DNA from: Nitrospirota bacterium
GTDB taxonomy: Bacteria; JACPQY01
Assembly: GCA_016180645.1 (NCBI GenBank)
Contig: JACPAV010000037.1
Span: forward strand, 1-33,631
Direction: 5' to 3'
DNA length: 33,631 nucleotides
In this document: positions 16,526 to 25,943 of the stretch, one piece after another
How the letters are laid out: the number at the start of each line of letters is the position of its first letter
How positions within the stretch are numbered: position 1 is the stretch's first letter
Notes under the pieces: model-generated
The model's database searches: none
Seen by the model: the letters and a program-made list of their open reading frames with translations, nothing else
What the model was told of the DNA's origin: nothing
Program-made: the position numbers and the translations under genes

Positions 16526-17449
16526 GTGGTGCACGCCGCTGAATTCCTCGCGTCCCTCGCCCGGGCCTCGACCCTGAAGCGGGTTTACTTTTTCTTCGGC
16601 GAAGAATCGTATTTCTTCCGGATCGGCCTCGGGGAACTGAAGAAACGCTTCTTGCCCGACATCGTTCCCGCCGTCGAGCACGTCAAGTTCGACTTCTCAC
16701 TCACGCGCATGCTCGCGCACCTGACGACCACCGGTCTGTGGTCGGGTAAACGCATGGCGCTCCTGTACGGGGCCGAATCGCTGGCCAAGAAAGACCACAA
16801 GACCCTCGGAGAATATTGCGGCGCCCCGGCGCCCGATTCGCTCCTCATCATTCGGGACGAAGGATGGGAAGTCCCTTCCTGGCTTAAAGCGGGCGCAAAC
16901 GTTGAAGTCGTTCAGTGCAAGCCCGTGCGTGGAGCCGATCTTGGAACGTGGGTGGACCGTCTCCTCACCGAGCACGGCGTCCGTTTGGACCCCGAGGCCA
17001 GGGATTGGCTGATCGATCGGGCGGGAAACTCGCTGACGGAGATCGACCAGTGCGCGAGAAGGATTTCGTGGGTGCAGTCGGAAGCGACCAAGCCGTTGGG
17101 CATTGAAGACATCCGCGATTGCGTGGCCGATACCGCGGAGCGCACCGCGTATCAACTGGGTGAAGCGGTGGTCAGACGCCAGGCCCCCGCCGCCCTCCTC
17201 TCCCTGGAAAAATTGATCGAATGGGCCGATTCGCCACTCATGGTCATCGGCGGCTTGGCCGGCTACGTTCGACGCGAAATAGCGCCGCCGAAAAATGCGT
17301 GGCGAAGTTCCGGTCCCTCGATTTCCGGTGAGGAAGGTCTTCGACTCCTGTCGATTCTGGCGAAACTGGATTCCGAGGTGAAAAGCAGCCGGCTGTCCGA
17401 CGCTATCTTGATGCGGCGGGCGCTGTTTTCTCTGCTAGAAACGCGTTGA
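16526..17449 (+). CDS. holA: DNA polymerase III subunit delta
   Basis: VYFFFGEESY N-terminal motif, AAA+-like lid (WLIDRAGNSL), LAKLDSEVKSS C-terminus, convergent with rpsT as commonly seen. Start may be GTG 16529. Confidence 0.82.
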   Translation: MVHAAEFLASLARASTLKRVYFFFGEESYFFRIGLGELKKRFLPDIVPAVEHVKFDFSLTRMLAHLTTTGLWSGKRMALLYGAESLAKKDHKTLGEYCGAPAPDSLLIIRDEGWEVPSWLKAGANVEVVQCKPVRGADLGTWVDRLLTEHGVRLDPEARDWLIDRAGNSLTEIDQCARRISWVQSEATKPLGIEDIRDCVADTAERTAYQLGEAVVRRQAPAALLSLEKLIEWADSPLMVIGGLAGYVRREIAPPKNAWRSSGPSISGEEGLRLLSILAKLDSEVKSSRLSDAILMRRALFSLLETR

Positions 17450-17696
17450 ATCGGCGGACGAGGCGGGAGACTCGCCGGTTGGCCTCGTTCCGGTGGATCA
17501 CCCCGCGCGAGGCGGTGTGCTGGATCCGGGCGACGGCTTCGCCCAGAAGTGTCTTGGCTTTTTCCGACTCCTTTTCCTCGATGGCCCGGAGAACGGCTTT
17601 CACGGATCGCATCATGTGGGACAGGTGATAGAGATTCCGCGCCCTCCGGTTCTTGATCTTCCGGAGCTCTTTGATCGGCGATGCATGCCTGGCCAT
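17403..17696 (-). CDS. rpsT: 30S ribosomal protein S20
   Basis: MARHASPIK..R...RRARN; ASRGVIHRNEANRRVSRL matches the KGVIHKNxAAR motif; basic, 97 aa. Confidence 0.9.
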   Translation of the reverse strand: MARHASPIKELRKIKNRRARNLYHLSHMMRSVKAVLRAIEEKESEKAKTLLGEAVARIQHTASRGVIHRNEANRRVSRLVRRFNAFLAEKTAPAASR

Positions 17697-17704
17697 GACG
17701 CGGT

Positions 17705-17733
17705 CTTATAGCGGAGTGTGGCGCCAAATGCAA
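17705..17733 (-). promoter_or_regulatory. sigma70-type promoter of rpsT
   Basis: TTGCAT, 17 bp, TATAAG, 8 nt, ATG; no SD. Confidence 0.5.
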
Positions 17734-17741
17734 GTGTAGCG

Positions 17742-17830
17742 AATCGTAATCCCGTGAAACCGCGAATCGTGAACGGGAAGGAACTTGGAAGAAGGCTCTT
17801 TCGGGATCACGGGCTCACCGGCTCACGACT
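17742..17830. repeat. Second inverted octamer array (same family as 12038-12116)
   Basis: Left aatcgtaa tcccgtga aaccgcga atcgtgaa; right cgggatca cgggctca ccggctca cgactt. Confidence 0.65.
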
Positions 17831-17833
17831 TCG

Positions 17834-20647
17834 TCACGCCCCGTGGCACTTCTTGTACTTCTTGCCGCTCCCGCAAGGGCAGGAATCGTTTCGCCCCACC
17901 TTGGGAAGCTCGCGCTTGACGGTCGTCACCTTGGGCGGGGGGCCCGGCCTTCGGGCGCCGATGGGAATGGGCCCGGCGGCCGGCCCGGGTTGAGCGGCGA
18001 CTACCGGCACCGGAGCGCTCTCCGAGGCGCCCGGATGGGATTCCATCGTTTGCATCGGTCTCGACATCGCGGCGGGAAGGCGGATCTCCTCCTTCTCGGG
18101 GACTCGCACTTGGACCTTGAAGAGCTTTTCCACCGAATCCATCGCGAATCGCTCCATCATGTCGGAGAACATGTCGAACGCCTCCCTTTGATACTCACGC
18201 AGGGGGTCCTTCTGGCCGTACCCGCGGAGCCCAATGCCGTCCTTCAGGTGGTCCATACTGAGCAGGTGGTCCTTCCATAGCTGATTGATCGTGCTGAGCA
18301 GGATGTACCGTTCCAGTTGGCGCATGATCGGGGTGCCCGTCTCGGTCTCTTTCTGTTCATAGCGCTTGGAGACGAGTTCCGTCAGCACCTCGATGGCCGC
18401 ATCGAGACCCTGGAGTTCATCCGGGTTGATCTGCGAATCCGTGTGGACGTCACATTGTTTGAAGAGCATCTTCCGCAGCCCGTCGACATCCCACTGATCG
18501 CGCCCGCCCTTCTCCGGGATGTACTGCGGCACGATGATATCGAGGGTGTCCTCCGTGAGTTTCACGACTTCATCCTTCAGATTCGGCTCGCCGAGGAGCT
18601 TCCGGCGGTAGGTGTAGACAACTTCCCGCTGCTTGTTCATGACATCGTCATACTCCAAGAGGTGCTTGCGGATATCGAAGTTATGCGCCTCGACTTTCTT
18701 CTGGGCCGTTTCGATGGCGCGGGTGACCCAGGGGTGTTCGATCGGCTCATCGTCCGGCAGTCCGAAGCGCTCCATGATGCTGCGAACGCGGTCCGACGCG
18801 AAGATCCGCATGAGGTCGTCTTCGAGGGAAAGATAAAAACGGGAGGATCCCGGATCGCCCTGCCGGCCGGATCGGCCGCGGAGCTGATTGTCGATGCGCC
18901 GCGCCTCGTGCCGCTCCGTTCCGATGATGTGTAGCCCGCCGGCGGCCACCACCTCCTCGCGTTCCTTCGCGCACTGTTCGCGATACTTGGCGATGATCTC
19001 GTCCCTTTCCTCGGGGGAGGCGCTGGGTTTCATCACCGTGAGCGCCAGCATCTCCGGATTTCCTCCGAGGACGATGTCGGTGCCGCGGCCCGCCATATTG
19101 GTGGATATCGTCACCGCCGCCTTCCGCCCGGCTTGGGCGATGATCTCGGCCTCCCTCTCATGCTGCTTGGCGTTGAGAACGTTGTGCTTGATGCCGTCGC
19201 GTTTCAGCATTCCGGCAAGGTGTTCCGACTTCTCAATCGATATCGTGCCGACCAGCACCGGCTGGCCCTTCGCGTGAACGTCTTTGATCTCGCCGACGAT
19301 CGCGTTGAACTTCCCTTTCTCGTTCTTGTACACGAGATCGGCGTAGTCCTGCCGGACCATCGGCCGGTGCGTCGGGATGGTGATGACCTCCAGGTTGTAA
19401 ATCTGCTCGAATTCGGAGGCTTCGGTCGCGGCTGTGCCGGTCATCCCCGCGAGCTTGTCGTACATGCGGAAATAGTTTTGAAAGGTGATCGTGGCGAGCG
19501 TCTGGTTCTCGCGCTCGATCTTGAGCGACTCTTTCGCCTCGACGGCCTGATGGAGCCCCTCGCTCCAGCGGCGGCCCGGCATGAGCCGCCCGGTGAATTC
19601 ATCCACGATCAGCACCTTGCCGTCCTTCACCACGTAATCCACGTCCAGCTTGAACAATTCGTGAGCCTTGAGGGCCTGATTGACGTGGTGAACGATCTCG
19701 ATGTGGTTCGGATCGTACAGGTTTTCGACGTTCAGCATTTTTTCGACTTTTCCGATGCCCTCCTCGGTGAGCATGACGCTACGGGCTTTTTCATCGACCG
19801 TGTAATCGCCGGTATACGTCTTGGTGCCGTCTTCTTGCTTGGTCTCCTCGCCCTTCGTGAGTCGGGGGATGATCCGATCGACCGTATAGTATTTATCGGT
19901 GCTGTCCTCGGCGGGTCCCGAGATGATGAGCGGTGTGCGCGCTTCATCCACAAGGATCGAGTCCACTTCGTCCACGATCGCGAAGTTCAACTCCCGCTGA
20001 ACGTATTCCTCGATGGAATATTTCATGTTGTCCCGGAGGTAGTCGAACCCGAACTCGTTATTCGTCCCGTAGGTGATGTCCGCCCCGTAGGCCTCCTTGC
20101 GCGAGCAGGGCTGGAGCCTCACGCCGAACTTGCCCTGTTTGGGGTCCCATTTGAGCCGGAAGGAGGCCTCGTGTTGGATGACGCCGACCTCCAAACCCAA
20201 CGCGAGATAGATCGGACCCATCCACTGGGCGTCGCGCCGGGCGAGGTAGTCGTTCACGGTGATGAGATGGGCCCCAAGGCCGGTGAGGGCGTTGAGATAG
20301 ATGGGCAGCGTGGCCACGAGCGTCTTCCCTTCTCCCGTTTTCATTTCCGCGATTTTGCCCCGATGGAGGACGATCCCGCCGATGAGCTGGACATCGAAGT
20401 GCCGCAGCCCGATGAAGCGCCGGGAAACTTCGCGGACCGTGGCGAAGGCCTCCGGCAGAATGGCATCGATCTCCTCGCCCTTTTCGATCCGTCCTTTCAG
20501 CTTGGCCGTCTGGGCGGCCAGGGCTTCATCGTTGAGCTGGGAAAGAGTCGGCTCAAGGGCGTTGACCTCGCGCACCAGCGGCCAAAGGCCGCGGACGTAC
20601 CGCTCGGTCTTCGTCTTGAATATTTTTTCGAGGATCCAACGCATCAT
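17834..20647 (-). CDS. secA: Preprotein translocase ATPase SecA
   Basis: [51 protein letters not shown]-terminal [23 protein letters not shown]. Confidence 0.99.
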   Translation of the reverse strand: MMRWILEKIFKTKTERYVRGLWPLVREVNALEPTLSQLNDEALAAQTAKLKGRIEKGEEIDAILPEAFATVREVSRRFIGLRHFDVQLIGGIVLHRGKIAEMKTGEGKTLVATLPIYLNALTGLGAHLITVNDYLARRDAQWMGPIYLALGLEVGVIQHEASFRLKWDPKQGKFGVRLQPCSRKEAYGADITYGTNNEFGFDYLRDNMKYSIEEYVQRELNFAIVDEVDSILVDEARTPLIISGPAEDSTDKYYTVDRIIPRLTKGEETKQEDGTKTYTGDYTVDEKARSVMLTEEGIGKVEKMLNVENLYDPNHIEIVHHVNQALKAHELFKLDVDYVVKDGKVLIVDEFTGRLMPGRRWSEGLHQAVEAKESLKIERENQTLATITFQNYFRMYDKLAGMTGTAATEASEFEQIYNLEVITIPTHRPMVRQDYADLVYKNEKGKFNAIVGEIKDVHAKGQPVLVGTISIEKSEHLAGMLKRDGIKHNVLNAKQHEREAEIIAQAGRKAAVTISTNMAGRGTDIVLGGNPEMLALTVMKPSASPEERDEIIAKYREQCAKEREEVVAAGGLHIIGTERHEARRIDNQLRGRSGRQGDPGSSRFYLSLEDDLMRIFASDRVRSIMERFGLPDDEPIEHPWVTRAIETAQKKVEAHNFDIRKHLLEYDDVMNKQREVVYTYRRKLLGEPNLKDEVVKLTEDTLDIIVPQYIPEKGGRDQWDVDGLRKMLFKQCDVHTDSQINPDELQGLDAAIEVLTELVSKRYEQKETETGTPIMRQLERYILLSTINQLWKDHLLSMDHLKDGIGLRGYGQKDPLREYQREAFDMFSDMMERFAMDSVEKLFKVQVRVPEKEEIRLPAAMSRPMQTMESHPGASESAPVPVVAAQPGPAAGPIPIGARRPGPPPKVTTVKRELPKVGRNDSCPCGSGKKYKKCHGA

Positions 20648-20725
20648 GGCGCGGTCACCATTCTACGGGAGGGTCTGGCGAAATGCCATGCGCCGAGGGG
20701 ACGGAGAAGGCCCGCGGGACGGGCG

Positions 20726-21745
20726 CTAAATGCGCCGGCCGGCGGCTTCGGCAAACTTTCGCAGCTCCGCCATCAGCAACGCGAATTTCTTCGGCTTGAG
20801 GGATTGTCCGCCGTCGCTCAGTGCCTTGTCGGGCTGATTGTGAACCTCGATAATGAGCCCGTCCGCGCCGCAGGCCACGGCCGCCTTCGCCATGGGGGAG
20901 ACGTACTGCCAGTACCCCGTGCCGTGGCTCGGATCCACAATCACGGGCAGGTGCGTCTTCTCCTGAAGGACGGGGACCGCATTGAGATCCAAGGTGTTGC
21001 GGGTCGACGTCTCGAACGTCCGGATTCCGCGTTCACACAGAATGACGTTTTCATTGCCGCCCGAAAGCACGTACTCGGCGCACAAGAGAAACTCCTGAAT
21101 CGTGGTCGACAGTCCTCTTTTCAACAGGACGGGTTTCTTCGCCTTGCCGAGCACTTTGAGGAGCGCAAAGTTCTGGGCGTTTCGCGCGCCCACTTGAATC
21201 ACATCCGAATACTCTTCGAACAACGAAGCATCCGCAGGATCCACAATTTCGGTCACGATGGGCAGCCCCGTCTTCTCCCTGGCCTTCGCGAGCAACTTGA
21301 GACCTTCTTCCTCCAAACCCTGGAACGCGAACGGAGATGTTCGCGGTTTGAAGGCCCCTCCACGGAGGAACCGGGCCCCGGCTTTCTTGACTTCCTCGGC
21401 GACCCCGATGATCTGCTCCTGACTTTCGACGGAACAGGGGCCTGCGATCACGGCAATCTCGTTCCCGCCCAATTGAACGCCGTTGATACGGATCGGTGTG
21501 CGTTCTTTCTTGTATTCCTTGGAGGCCAGCTTGAAGGGTTCCAGGATAAGGACGACCTTTTCCACGCCGTTGAGCTGTTCCAGCGACTCCTTGGCGGTGG
21601 CCTTTCCCCGCTCATCACCCACGGCGGCAATGACCGTCCGCTCCACCCCCGTGATCAAATGGGGGGTGTAACCCAGTTCGACAACTTTTTGGCGGACGGC
21701 CTCGACCTTTTCGCGCGAGGCGCCCTTTTGCATGACTACGACCAT
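20726..21745 (-). CDS. aroF: 3-deoxy-7-phosphoheptulonate (DAHP) synthase, type I-beta with N-terminal ferredoxin-like regulatory domain
   Basis: [54 protein letters not shown]. Confidence 0.96.
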   Translation of the reverse strand: MVVVMQKGASREKVEAVRQKVVELGYTPHLITGVERTVIAAVGDERGKATAKESLEQLNGVEKVVLILEPFKLASKEYKKERTPIRINGVQLGGNEIAVIAGPCSVESQEQIIGVAEEVKKAGARFLRGGAFKPRTSPFAFQGLEEEGLKLLAKAREKTGLPIVTEIVDPADASLFEEYSDVIQVGARNAQNFALLKVLGKAKKPVLLKRGLSTTIQEFLLCAEYVLSGGNENVILCERGIRTFETSTRNTLDLNAVPVLQEKTHLPVIVDPSHGTGYWQYVSPMAKAAVACGADGLIIEVHNQPDKALSDGGQSLKPKKFALLMAELRKFAEAAGRRI

Positions 21746-21775
21746 GGGTGGATCTCCTTCGACATGGAAGCGTAC

Positions 21776-21804
21776 ATTATAGGTTTGTCTCCCCGCCGAA
21801 TCAA
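21776..21804 (-). promoter_or_regulatory. sigma70 promoter of DAHP synthase
   Basis: TTGATT, 17 bp, TATAAT on the minus strand. Confidence 0.72.
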
Positions 21805-21846
21805 ATCAAGTTTGTCATGAGGTCGCCCCGTGCTAAACTTTGGAGG

Positions 21847-22125
21847 ATGGAGGTTCCCCAGCGCTTGACTCAATTGGAGAAGGACCTCACGCTCCTCCTT
21901 CGGCAGTACGATCAATACCTCAACGGCGGGGAGCAGATGGAACCGCTGACCCTCCTCGGCAAGGTGGAACGCGAGGTCCTGGCGTTGTCGCACCTGCCCA
22001 CCATGAACACGAGCCAGCGTTTCCGATTGAACACGCTCACGTCCCGGTTCTACACCAACCGGAACCGGTGGCGGAAAATTCTCCGAGACCGGGAGGCCAA
22101 AGCCGCCGATGAGCCACAAGCGTGA
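21847..22125 (+). CDS. Small helical protein resembling the MXAN_5187 C-terminal domain family
   Basis: LLRQYDQYLNGGEQMEP...NTSQRFRLNTLTSRFYT...WRKILRDRE matches my recollection of the YEQYFxG..P...NTxxRF..W pattern. Preceded by an extended -10 TGCTAAACT (21831-21839). 92 aa. Confidence 0.65.
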   Translation: MEVPQRLTQLEKDLTLLLRQYDQYLNGGEQMEPLTLLGKVEREVLALSHLPTMNTSQRFRLNTLTSRFYTNRNRWRKILRDREAKAADEPQA

Positions 22126-22168
22126 AGCGAGTGGCACTTTCGGCCTTTTCGGCGGACAGAGTGTCGTA

Positions 22169-22193
22169 GGGACGTTGTTAGTATTATTTGTTT
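22169..22193 (+). repeat. Left inverted repeat of the Y1 transposase
   Basis: GGGACGTTGTTAGT-ATTATTTGTTT. Confidence 0.8.
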
Positions 22194-22212
22194 ATGATAG
22201 AGTGGACGAATC

Positions 22213-23226
22213 ATGCCGCGGATGGCGCGACTGGATACCCCGGGCACCCTGCATCACGTGATGGGACGCGGGATTGTCCGGCAAGCCATCTACACGAACG
22301 ACGGGGACCGCGGAGACTTCTTGGATCGCGTGGGCCGACTGGCGGGGGAGAAGGCATGGGCGGTCTACGCGTGGGCCCTGATTCCGAACCACTTCCACCT
22401 ATTGGTTCGAACGGTGGGGATGCCCCTGTCGCGCAGCATGAGGCGACTAATGACGGGATATGCGGTGTCGTTCAATCTGCGGCATTGTCGGGCGGGGCAC
22501 CTGTTCCAGAACCGATTCAAATCGATTGTGGTGGAGGAGGAGGGTTATTTCCTGGAGTTGGTGCGGTACCTGCATTTGAATCCGCTGCGGGCCGGCGTGG
22601 TGAGGGATATGGAGGAGTTGGACGAGTACCCGTATTCGGGGCACAGCGCGTTAATGGGTCGGGTGGATCGGGAGTGGCAGGATACGGAGTCGGTTTTGAG
22701 TCGATTTGGCTCCCAGGCGGGAAGGGCGCGTTCTCGGTATCGCGAATACGTGGAAGCGGGGAGGGATCAAGGCCGTCGCCCGGAACTTATGGGGGGTGGA
22801 TTGATCCGAAGCGCGGGGGGATGGGAATCCGTGAGGGCCATGAGGAGGGGCCGGGAGGCGTTTTTGTCGGACGAGAGAGTTCTCGGGACGGGTGAATTTG
22901 TGGAGAGGCTGGTTCGTGAGGCGGAGACGTTGGGGGAGACCCGGAGCCGGCTTCAGCGGTCTAGGGTATCCCTGCCGGTGCTCCTGGGTCGCGTATGCAG
23001 GGAGATGGGGGTGTCGGCGGAGGCGGTCTTGGGGGGGAGCCGGAGGCGGGATGTCTCGCGCGTCCGGGCTGTGGTGGCGTACGTGTGGACGGAGCACTTG
23101 GGTCGCAGCGGGAGGGCGCTGGCTCAGGCGCTGGGTGTGAGGCCGGTGTCGATTTGGCACGGCGCCCGGCGCGCGGGGGCGGGGCGCGCAGAGTGGGCGG
23201 GTAAGGTGGCTGGATGGTGCAAATAA
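22213..23226 (+). CDS. RAYT-like Y1 (HUH) tyrosine transposase with C-terminal HTH
   Basis: MPRMAR....HHVMGRG, NHFHLL (HUH), GHLFQNRFKS, RYLHLNP, YPYSGH. C-terminal DnaA-C/TrpR-like helical segment. Confidence 0.92.
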   Translation: MPRMARLDTPGTLHHVMGRGIVRQAIYTNDGDRGDFLDRVGRLAGEKAWAVYAWALIPNHFHLLVRTVGMPLSRSMRRLMTGYAVSFNLRHCRAGHLFQNRFKSIVVEEEGYFLELVRYLHLNPLRAGVVRDMEELDEYPYSGHSALMGRVDREWQDTESVLSRFGSQAGRARSRYREYVEAGRDQGRRPELMGGGLIRSAGGWESVRAMRRGREAFLSDERVLGTGEFVERLVREAETLGETRSRLQRSRVSLPVLLGRVCREMGVSAEAVLGGSRRRDVSRVRAVVAYVWTEHLGRSGRALAQALGVRPVSIWHGARRAGAGRAEWAGKVAGWCK

Positions 23227-23248
23227 ATAATACAACTAACAACGTCCC
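23221..23248 (-). repeat. Right inverted repeat of the Y1 transposase (overlaps the stop codon)
   Basis: Reverse complement is GGGACGTTGTTAGT-TGT-ATTATTTATTT. Confidence 0.8.
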
Positions 23249-23354
23249 CCCGTCCCAGCTCCGGCGTCCGGGATAGTGTGGGGGACTTCGAGGCTCCCCG
23301 TTCCACTTGACACAGTGCGTCAAAACTGTCATGCATTGCGTCATGACGCTCAAG

Positions 23355-24299
23355 ATGAGCCTCGTTAAGAGGCGGGCTGAGCGCCGGAAAGCTTGGGGGA
23401 TATTGGGGCTGGTTGGGGTGATCTCCCTGTTCTGGAGTGCATCCTCTTCGTCTTTCCCGGTGATAGAGCGGTCGTCCGCTACGATGGCCTGCCCCGTCCT
23501 GCCCATTCCCTCGCATCGGGCCATCGATTTCTATACGCGGCTCCTCTCGAGCGAGGAACGGAAATACACCCTGGAATCGAGCTTGGGGCGGTCCGGGCTC
23601 TATCTGAAATTCATTCAGGATGTGCTCTGCCAGCACCGCGTACCCCGCGCGCTGGCCTACTTGGTCCTCGTGGAAAGCCATTTCGACGCCCAGGCGGAAT
23701 CCACCGCGGGCGCGAAAGGCCTATGGCAGTTGACGCCTGCGACGGCCCGGAGCCTCGGGCTTCGCGTAGACGGCATGGTGGATGAGCGGGGCGATCCGGA
23801 GCTGTCCACTTACGCGGCGGCGGTCCACTTGCGGTATCTGTTCGAGCGTTTTGGTTCCTGGGACATGGCGTTGGCGGCCTACAACGCGGGCCAAGGCCGG
23901 GTGGCGGAAGCGATTCGCGACGGCGGGACGCGGAAATTTTGGGATCTGCGGGCGCAGGAGCTGCTGCCGTATCAAACGCGCAACTACGTCCCAAAGTTCT
24001 ACGCCGTCGTGCAGTTGGCCCGCGATCCCGAGCGATTCGGCCTCGGCCCGATCGAATATCTTGCGCCTCAGCCCCTCACGGGTATCCACGTGGACCCTTG
24101 GATGGACCCGAAGGCACTCGCCGTATTGCTCGGCGTGCCGGTGGGCAATCTTCGTTTCTGGAACCCCCACCTGGGGGAGGCATTCTTCACGCGGCCGGCC
24201 TCATCCTTCGGCGGGGGGGTGCGCTTTGGGAGATCTGATCCCGTGCGAGTCCGAGTGCCCTTTGACCGCGCTGCGATCTGGCAGGACTTGACGTCCTGA
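23355..24299 (+). CDS. MltD-like lytic transglycosylase (SLT domain)
   Basis: N-terminal TM/signal, LVES catalytic motif, AGAKGLWQL, ALAAYNAG, TRNYVPK, degenerate LysM-like tail. Start uncertain (23307-23355). Confidence 0.88.
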   Translation: MSLVKRRAERRKAWGILGLVGVISLFWSASSSSFPVIERSSATMACPVLPIPSHRAIDFYTRLLSSEERKYTLESSLGRSGLYLKFIQDVLCQHRVPRALAYLVLVESHFDAQAESTAGAKGLWQLTPATARSLGLRVDGMVDERGDPELSTYAAAVHLRYLFERFGSWDMALAAYNAGQGRVAEAIRDGGTRKFWDLRAQELLPYQTRNYVPKFYAVVQLARDPERFGLGPIEYLAPQPLTGIHVDPWMDPKALAVLLGVPVGNLRFWNPHLGEAFFTRPASSFGGGVRFGRSDPVRVRVPFDRAAIWQDLTS

Positions 24300-24364
24300 C
24301 GGCCGCCGGCCCTCACCCGCCTCCTTTCGTGGACTTCCCCCGGGGCTTCTGGTAGGTTGCCGCG

Positions 24365-25222
24365 GTGCATCCGATACTCCTGAAAATCGGCCCGATCACG
24401 ATCTATACGTTCGGAGTCATGCTCTCGCTGGGCTTCATCATCGGAAGTTCCATCGCGGCGCGGGGCATCCGGGAAGAAAAGGGCGACGTCCAAAAATTCT
24501 GGGACCTCTGCTTCTGGATCTTCGTGGCCGGCATCGTGGGTTCGAGACTCCACTATGTTCTCGTCAACATCGGCGACTTCTTCGACGCCTGTTTCTACCC
24601 GGAGAAGCTCGGGCTGACGGAGAGCTCCTGCGCCGAAGCGATCATGGTCTGGAAGGGCGGCTTGGCCTTCTTCGGCGGCTTCATCCTGGCTTTCCTGGTG
24701 AGCATCGCCTACCTGAAGCGGAAGGGCATCAATCCGTGGCAGTGGTCCGATATCATCGCGCCGTGCGTGTTCCTGGGACTCGGCATCGGGCGCCTCGGCT
24801 GCTTCTCCGCGGCGGACGATTTCGGGAAGCCCACGGACCTTCCGTGGGCCATGAAGTTTCCGAATCTGGTCGGCTATCCGGACCTCGAAAACGTGCCCAT
24901 TCATCCCACGCAGCTCTACATGCTGGCCAAGGACGTGCTTGTTTTCCTGGTCGGTTTCGTCTGGCTCCGAAAACGGAAGCAGTTCCACGGTCAGGTGACC
25001 TTCGTATGCATCGCCCTGTACTCCTTCCTGAGATTCTGGGTGGAGGTGCTGCGAGGCGACTACCGCCGGGGCTTCATTCTTAAAGTGGATGTCCTCTCGC
25101 CGCAAGGACCAGATTTTCTCTCCAACGCTCAACTCATCGCCATTGTCCTGTTCCTGACGTCTCTGTTGATGCTTGTGATCATGAGCCGTCGCTCGAAGCC
25201 CGTTCCATCGAAAGTGAGATAG
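24365..25222 (+). CDS. lgt: Prolipoprotein diacylglyceryl transferase
   Basis: HPILLKIGP, GSRLHYV, GGLAFFGG, IGRLGCF, HPTQLY, RFWVEVLR. Confidence 0.95.
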   Translation: MHPILLKIGPITIYTFGVMLSLGFIIGSSIAARGIREEKGDVQKFWDLCFWIFVAGIVGSRLHYVLVNIGDFFDACFYPEKLGLTESSCAEAIMVWKGGLAFFGGFILAFLVSIAYLKRKGINPWQWSDIIAPCVFLGLGIGRLGCFSAADDFGKPTDLPWAMKFPNLVGYPDLENVPIHPTQLYMLAKDVLVFLVGFVWLRKRKQFHGQVTFVCIALYSFLRFWVEVLRGDYRRGFILKVDVLSPQGPDFLSNAQLIAIVLFLTSLLMLVIMSRRSKPVPSKVR

Positions 25223-25268
25223 CCGGTTTCGGGTGGTGAGGCGCTGAAGATCCCCGCCTGAATTCTTC

Positions 25269-25940
25269 ATGCCCGGTTCTGCGGTTCACTTCCACGGCGT
25301 CACCAAACGGCTGGGCGGCCGGCCTGTACTCTCCGAGCTCGAAATGGACATCCCCGAAGGGCGCGCGGTGGCGGTCATCGGCCACAACGCCTCCGGAAAA
25401 ACGACGCTGCTGAACGTGATCTCCACGCTGTGGGCAATCGACGGCGGGGAAGGGAGCGTGATGGGGCTCGATCTCCGGAAGAAGAAGGGGGAGATCCGGC
25501 GGCGGGTGGGGTATGCGGCGCATGATTGCCATTTGTATGCCGAGCTCAGCGTCGAGGAAAATCTCAGGTTCTTCGCGCGTCTTTACGGAGTGGACGACTC
25601 CGCGAAGCGAATCGCCGAGATGATCGAATGGTTCCAGGTGGGGACCTACGCGCGTTCCCTGGTGCGCGAGCTCTCGGCCGGCTACCGGAAGCGCATCAGC
25701 ATCATCAAGGCGCTCCTGCATCAGCCGGAAGTCCTCCTCTTGGATGAGCCCTTTGCCAATCTGGATCCCTCCGCGAAAGGCATCGTGGAGGAGGCGGTGC
25801 GGGCCTTCGCCTCGGTGGGCACGGTCGTCATGACGGCCCATTCCCTCGAGGGTGTGCCCCTCTTTGTGAAGGAAAAAGTCTTTCTGCGAAAAGGACGCGT
25901 GGCGCATCAGGATGAGGCTTCGCTCCTGACGTCGATCTGA
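25269..25940 (+). CDS. ccmA: Heme ABC exporter ATP-binding protein
   Basis: GHNASGKTT, LSAGYRKR, LLDEPFANLD; first gene of the ccm cluster. Confidence 0.88.
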   Translation: MPGSAVHFHGVTKRLGGRPVLSELEMDIPEGRAVAVIGHNASGKTTLLNVISTLWAIDGGEGSVMGLDLRKKKGEIRRRVGYAAHDCHLYAELSVEENLRFFARLYGVDDSAKRIAEMIEWFQVGTYARSLVRELSAGYRKRISIIKALLHQPEVLLLDEPFANLDPSAKGIVEEAVRAFASVGTVVMTAHSLEGVPLFVKEKVFLRKGRVAHQDEASLLTSI

Positions 25941-25943
25941 ACC

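Noticed and set aside
19133-21820. 895-aa plus-strand ORF
   Set aside because: Antisense shadow of secA and aroF, typical of high-GC codon bias; no motifs.
22169-22200. dif/Xer recombination site
   Set aside because: AT-rich but does not fit the 11-6-11 XerC/XerD consensus; better explained as one arm of the IR pair.
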